Source: Chlorokybus atmophyticus
Lineage: Eukaryota; Plantae; Mesostigma and Chlorokybus algae
DNA length: 27,050 nt
Assembly (NCBI GenBank): GCA_009103225.1
Contig: RHPI01002252.1
Span: 1 to 27,050, forward strand
Direction of reading: 5' to 3'
Below, piece by piece: positions 20,926 through 27,050 of the stretch; the first letter of the stretch is position 1; every line of letters begins with the position of its first letter. Made by a program: the position numbers and the translations under genes. Under the pieces are notes generated by a model. That model was not told where the DNA came from. It saw nothing but the letters and a program-made list of their open reading frames with translations, and made no database searches.

Positions 20926-22681
20926 TGTGTGCCTTACAGCACAACATGTGCACCATTGTGGAGCACCACTCCACACTTATCTTATGGTGGGTTATCTTTT
21001 GCTTCGGCTAACACTCAAAGACATGCTACAACATGCTGCAGTAGCATGTCTAGCAAGCATGACTCGCCCGATAGCTGTCCAAGACAGCGTGACCTTTGGC
21101 TCTCCTCGGCCCGACAAGTCAGTAAAGTGCTATCCAAACGCACATGACAAACCCTTAACTTATTGATAAATTTGCCTTCATACTGCTGCATAAATATGAT
21201 ATGTAATGCAAGTTAGTGCTAGTGGGCTTCTATCTCGATTCATAAGCAGTATTATACATAAGGTTAATACGACCTTTTTATGGCCTAATTGACGCCCCTG
21301 GTTACGTGTTGCATGTAAACATGAGACAAATGGCGCCGATTTAAATGTATCCTTAATTGACCAACATGAATCAGCGCCGAAAAACCCTCAATCTCGTCAT
21401 CCATTCACGCATCATGCATCACAATGTCATGAACATGTTATCGATCGCGCTAACGAGAATGACATCTTTTACCCCACGAAATATGTTGTAGCCAAGTCCA
21501 AAGTTGGGTAATCTCACCAACATAAGAAGCTAATTGATATGTACAGTACGCGCTACACTTTGCCTGTTATAATGAAGACTATTCCATGAACAACAATCGT
21601 GTGATATTGAATATGGAAAGTATAGGCCCGACCCGGTCAATTGCACAATTGTTTCCACGTCGATACAACATGGACAATGCGCAGTGATTGTATGTAAGCA
21701 ATCCATGTGATTGTATATGTGTTATTTCGTATTATTATTTGTATCATACACCATATTTATCCATCTAGCAAGTGGCTTCCCTACACCTGCATGATTGTAA
21801 TGAAACCATTAGCTAATGATGTTAACATGAGCTCATTGAACTCACGGTGATTGTGCTACATCAACAAGTAAACATAGGTAACGTTGCCACAATGGAACAC
21901 TTGAGCCTATTCTGTTAGTTTTATCATTGACGAGCTGTCAATAATTGCCGAGTTGATGCGCTTGTCGTGCAAGGACCCTCGATATCAAGTGATGTCGGTT
22001 GAATCTTACACCCACAACACGTTATTTGATGACAAGCATATATATATTTCAAAATTCGATTCCAACAATGCTGACAGAAGCACAGCGTGGCGAACAGGAA
22101 GCTCCAATGCTGCCGACAGTGGACTTACGAAAGCAGACAATTGCGAACATAATTGTGGGAACTCGGCACACAGCAACAGGCGCAAGGCAAAGTCAATTGA
22201 AAAATAAACAAAAGAACAAGCTATTAGCAACAGCAATGTTGAAGACATCGAAGACGTCGAAGAAGCGCGGGTGTGGCGTTACATATCCTTGGACTAGCAG
22301 TTGCTATTGTAACCATCACTTGCTTGCTCGATCATGTTAATACCACGTTCCGTTGTATAGCTTTTAATTGAGGCAGTAAGTGTTCAAGTAAACCACAAAA
22401 GCCAAGCTACTATGTCGTACGACGTTGAATCCATTCTATACTTGCGTATGCATCTGGCTTGGAGTGTATTCACGTACATATGCATCGGTGTTATACGCAT
22501 TTGTTCTTGTCTGCTTGCGCTGTGCATATGATCCCTTAGCTTTATCAGTTATCATTCATCATCAATCGATTGCGCATGCCACAGTCTCTCTCTTGTGCAA
22601 GTTTATTCGATGGCAGTATAATTGATACATCCATTCTAATTGTATCAGCCTATTAAAACCTGAAATGATATTTATAGATTA

Positions 22682-23021
22682 AAAAGACATATAGTCTGAC
22701 TTGGAAATGGTAAAGTTGTATTATTTTATTATTGTTTTGCCATTTTCAAGTGCGAATGCATAAGGCTCAACGTTCAGGGTGGCAGTTACATCCTCAGTTA
22801 CACTCTTGCGACGCACAGCATGTTTAAGGTAATAAAGTCCTTACACCTATGGCACGAGTTCGAAAGGCACGGCAGGTTGTTACGTAGTGAATAGCAATAC
22901 TTTATTAAACACTTGCCACATTACAACGTTGTACATCACACATAGAAAACAACATTGGATATCACTTGCAACATTGCTGGGTTGCACTCAATGAACACAC
23001 AATAAATGCATGTTGGCAACG
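22682..23021 (+). repeat. 340-bp dispersed direct repeat, copy B
   Basis: Matches 647-986 with 4 substitutions. It has no TIR or palindrome array on its left side. Confidence 0.95.
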
Positions 23022-25874
23022 GAATATCCACAGATTGTGCCTTTGTTCTCGAACTCACACCTTGTATTTGTTATTGATAAAATCATTGAAACATATAATG
23101 TGTTGAAAATTGAGCATGCTAAGTTAAGTTTGTGTTGATGTACGAATTCACAACAGCTGTCCGTCTTTACATTTGAGAGTAAATGCGGTTTAACTACATG
23201 ACACACAATGCGATATTACACATAGCATGCATCCACACACAGCATATCATTTCTCGCAATTTGCAATGTTTATCAATATACTTCACAATGTAGTTGCATG
23301 TTTGTTGCACTCTTATTCAATGCTCGGCAATAACAATGATCATGGTTGTTTAACATAGCAATACGGTATAATTGACAAATTGATAATTATCACATGTTGC
23401 TACTTATGCACTTTATTCAACAATGCAAGCTATTTCATCTCCACGGTGTGGCATACGCATCATTCTTCGGTCTTTGAATCAAAGGCCAGATCATGTGGTA
23501 TGCTTGATGAATGGCCCACGAGTTCTTGTGTGTGCTTGCCAAGCACACACAAGCACGGCTTGCATAATGGTTTTGTGCATTACGTATGTCTTGTCAACAC
23601 CAGCATCTCTATCCTTTCAAAGTAAAGTTTATGTATCAACAGCGCTAGTACATGAACGTTAAACCCATGGCACAACATGTTGAAGAAAACCGACTAGATT
23701 TAACGTGCCACAGCATGCCACATCCGCAGCCACATACCACACAAACACTCTGATATATAGCTCACAACGTGTTCATGCGGACATATTGCTAACCATGCCT
23801 ATAACAAGTGTCGGCGCAGCTGCGGCGAGTCTGGCGTCCTCCTCTATCGTCACCGTCAACATCAGCACAGGGCCCCGCCCAGGCACAGCCGCGCTTGCGA
23901 GGATCGTCAGTCCTTGCGCTCGCTGGAGCGCGCACGTCAGACGCTGTCGGTAAATGGTCAAACCTCCTGGTAGATGACAAAGTGGCAGTCCCTGCACGTC
24001 GAGCAATATAACCGTGTGTACCACATGCCGTTCAATCGACCCCGTCTTACACAACACGTATCGCACAACAGCCGCACGCCTATTTCCGCTTGATGCAACC
24101 CCCTTTTGCGAGCCTATTGTCAATGGCTTGAGGCTAAAGAGTGGTCAGCAATGTGCTTGCAAGCAGCATTACAACGCCCCTCTCAACACACAGTGCGAGA
24201 ACTTTGAGCGTTTTAATACCTTAGAGCGTTTTAATACAGGCACGTACAACAGAATACACCATGTTAATGATAATTGTTGATTCACCAAGCATGTTCATGT
24301 AGAGAATATAGTGTACAACCAAAAGCTTGCTTGCCGGTTGCTTCTGTGACCCCTTCTTGCGTGCACCTTCAGCATGCGTTTGACACTTTTTGCAGTTTCA
24401 AGTTGACGGCATCAAGTGTTGCAGCTCCTCCTTTTCAAACTGGCTTCTCCTTTCTCACGACACAAACCATGTCTTTCTCTCCCATGCGACAGCAACTGCC
24501 GCTGTGTTGGACGTGACAGACACAGCGCAAATTGAGCAGGTCAAGCTGGGTGTATATTTCTGGGTGTGTCACTTGGTGTGGTGCATTGCAGCCAGCGCTG
24601 ACTGTTGATTGTGTGAAATGTTAAAGTTGGGTGGTAGCGGACATTCTGACAGCGCGTGGGAAGCTTGACGAAGCCTTCAGTAATTGTTGGATTTTCCACC
24701 GTTGTGCGCTTACTCGGTCTGGTTCACATGGCTCTAAACTCTGTATCACTCATTCTCATCAATTTGTCCAAGCGTAGGCAGAGCTGCGACGGATGCTCGC
24801 GCAAGGTCATGGCTCGGTTGTGAACAACACAAGCATCTCTGGCCATGTGTACACGCCGCTCAGCAGCAGCTACTGCGCCAGCAAGGCCGCTCCTAACAGC
24901 TTTACTATCTCTGCAGCCGTCGAGGTCAGCCACAAGTTGACCAACAAGCCATGAACACGCACGCAGGCACGCATGTCAGCGTCATGTGCAACATGTTGTT
25001 GTGAAGGTTGCGCAAAGAGGCGTGCGCGTGAGACGTGATCGCGCCTGGTTTCACTCTCCCGTCAGAGATAATCTCGGCAATGGTGAACGGCCCTTCCTAG
25101 TCGCTGGACTTTGTTCTCAAACTCGTTCTGAGCAGGAAGGTTGGCGGACAGTGAAGACATTGCTGCTGTGGTTGCAATGCTCGTTGATGACAGACTGATC
25201 AAGTCTGTCACAGGTCATCAGCATTGACGGGGGTGCTGGTATCAACCACTACAGTTTGTGACATGAGCCGTGTTGATGTAGTATATTGGCGATTTGTCTC
25301 CTGTGTTCAGTAAATATAGTATATGCGACAAGTGTTTTTAACAGAACGTTGGGCTTTACCTGGCCCATGACATATTGGTGGCCTGGCTTGTCGACGCCTC
25401 CATAACAAGTCGTAACTTCGACTCAAGAGGACGTGCTTCTGTGCAAGTACATCGAAGCACTGCTTGCAGGCACTGAGTGTTCCAAAGTGCGACGAACCGA
25501 GTTGTAAAAGCTTGACCAACATCACCTCGAAAGGCCCGTATGCATGGACCACATGCTTACCTGCTGGTTCCTGGCGGATGATGCAAGAGATTGCGGGGCA
25601 CGGTCTGCTATGCAACAAGCCATGCAACAAGCCATGCAACCTGTGCACGACAAGCCTCATACCACTGCATGTGTCTCCAAGATTGCTGCACAACGTATTG
25701 CGCAGCTTTTATTGCTCACAACGAGATGGCCTAGTGAGCTACAGGATCAATAGCTCAAGGTCTCCAACACTATCTGTTGGAGAAGAATTATCACTCAGTG
25801 CTTCTAGACATTTGCCTACTCAAGTCCGAAACAACGATTACGGAAAGCCAATCGCTTGCGGTTGGTGTCTTCGC

Positions 25875-27013
25875 TCAAGTGAGAGTGATGCGGCACGAGG
25901 AGGCAGCGTTCTTGTTGTCGCCATGGAACCAGTCCCAGTTCTGCTGAATGAGGAAGCGCTTGCCTTTGATGTGCGTGTTGTAACGCTTGCCAGCATGGAA
26001 GTGCTGCTTGCCATACCTGCAACCCAATTTCAAGTGTTGGTGGTTGAGACGAATTATGCTGCGGCCAAGTGATGACATGCATTGGGGGACACTTACGTCC
26101 AAGCGCACTTGTCGGCATTCTCGTTGCCCTTTTGATCATGCCATGCGTTGAGTCTCGGGTCCGAGTGGGCCTCCATCAGCTGTTGGGACCGCAATCAGGA
26201 GCAAGATGTTACAACAAGATGAAAGCACGTGCGCCGACCCATCCCCCTCTTCCCCACCCACCCACCCGAACACCCCCCCACACAACAGCCTATGCGTGCG
26301 TGCGTGCATGTGTGCCAAGGTCACGCCTGATCTCCCTCATCGTGTACGCGCACAGGTGCACGTACTCACGCACATACATAAGAGACAGACGCGAGCACGC
26401 GCACGTACCTCATGTGCCAGAACGCTGGCCATCATATCACCCGCCCAGTCATTGGGAGCGCTAGACTTCTTGATTGACAGCGGGCCTCCACAATTTTTGG
26501 GGCAGCGCGTAGCGGCGTTGCCGATGAACGCGTACTTCATGTTGTGCTTGTCGTACGTGTGCCAACCGCAGAACTTCCTGCAACACAATGACCCGACGAT
26601 GAGCTTGTAGACTGTACCTCTCTTCACCCTATCAGAGTCAAGCTTACGTGCACAAGCCAGATATGGTGACCGTGTTGTCGGTGATGACGAAGTACACGCC
26701 ATTCGGATCAACCTTCTTGCCAAAGTGTGGACTCAACGCAGCGTTGCGGGCGAGGTGCTGCACTTGGCTGGAGGTGATACTGCACACGCACACACAACCA
26801 TAAGTTCACAGAGTTGAGAGTTGTGTCCAGATGCAGAGCAGTTGCAACTGCAAGTTCACTCAAGTCCAACATGTTGATGATCACTCACGTGTGCCCAAAA
26901 TGGTAGCCGTTGTAGATCACGCTTCCCTTATACAAGACGGGGGAGTGGCCGAGCTTTTTGTTTGAAGTGTAACGCGACTCGATGTTCTTCCACCACCCGG
27001 TGTTACCGATACC
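25875..27013 (-). CDS. PHI-1/EXO-like: Phosphate-induced protein 1 / EXORDIUM-family protein, last 5 exons (216 aa visible; 5' part lies beyond the window)
   Basis: Exons 27013-26889, 26779-26648, 26577-26409, 26179-26097 and 26016-25875, all GT-AG and phase-consistent (651 nt, ends TGA). Spliced motifs GNTGWWKNIESRY, DPNGVYFVITD, FCGWH, KYAFIGNAATRCP..C, APND...DMMASVLAHE|LMEAHSDP..NAW.D..G.ENADKCAW and YN..IKGKRFLIQQNW. Confidence 0.92.
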
Positions 27014-27050
27014 CTACTTGCCACATGTGGTGAGAGTGTTGTCTGCAACG

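Noticed and set aside
21953-22340. Two overlapping K/N-rich ORFs as viral or transposase genes
   Set aside because: Short, no conserved motif, no supporting neighbours.
23400-25700. Exon-like minus-strand blocks as a decayed transposase
   Set aside because: GT/AG sites and GC-richer blocks are present, but every frame has stops and I could not recognise a DDE or other motif; needs TBLASTN or HMM search.
25464-26072. 202-aa plus-strand ORF
   Set aside because: Largely antisense to the last PHI-1 exon and its 3' UTR; no independent coding evidence.

Overview
Eukaryotic nuclear DNA from a draft assembly (N gaps at 987, 2245-2301, 7784, 10214-10222). It is most likely a green alga; this is inferred from short GT-AG introns, a TGTAA poly(A) signal, green-plant gene families and chlorophyte-type Ty3/Gypsy motifs. 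Two intact spliced host genes can be built by hand. One is a 6-exon secreted Cys-rich GDPH/root-cap-like protein (13318-14920, +, 367 aa). The other is the last 5 exons of a PHI-1/EXORDIUM-family gene that keeps an HExxE motif (25875-27013, -). The rest is mostly transposon debris. (1) A 1.8-kb non-autonomous TIR element (430-2244) with arrays of a 16-bp palindrome, a tRNA-derived Pol III cassette, and a 340-bp segment that recurs 22 kb away. (2) A decayed gag with two CCHC knuckles. (3) A stack of an L1-type LINE interrupted by a 422-bp TRIM-like mini LTR element, a Copia pol fragment, and a Gypsy pol relic whose integrase ends in a PHD finger. I found no clearly new enzymatic system. The best leads are the TRIM, the cargo-bearing TIR element, the PHD-integrase and the two secreted-protein motifs. 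All alignments and translations were done by eye; no database was searched.
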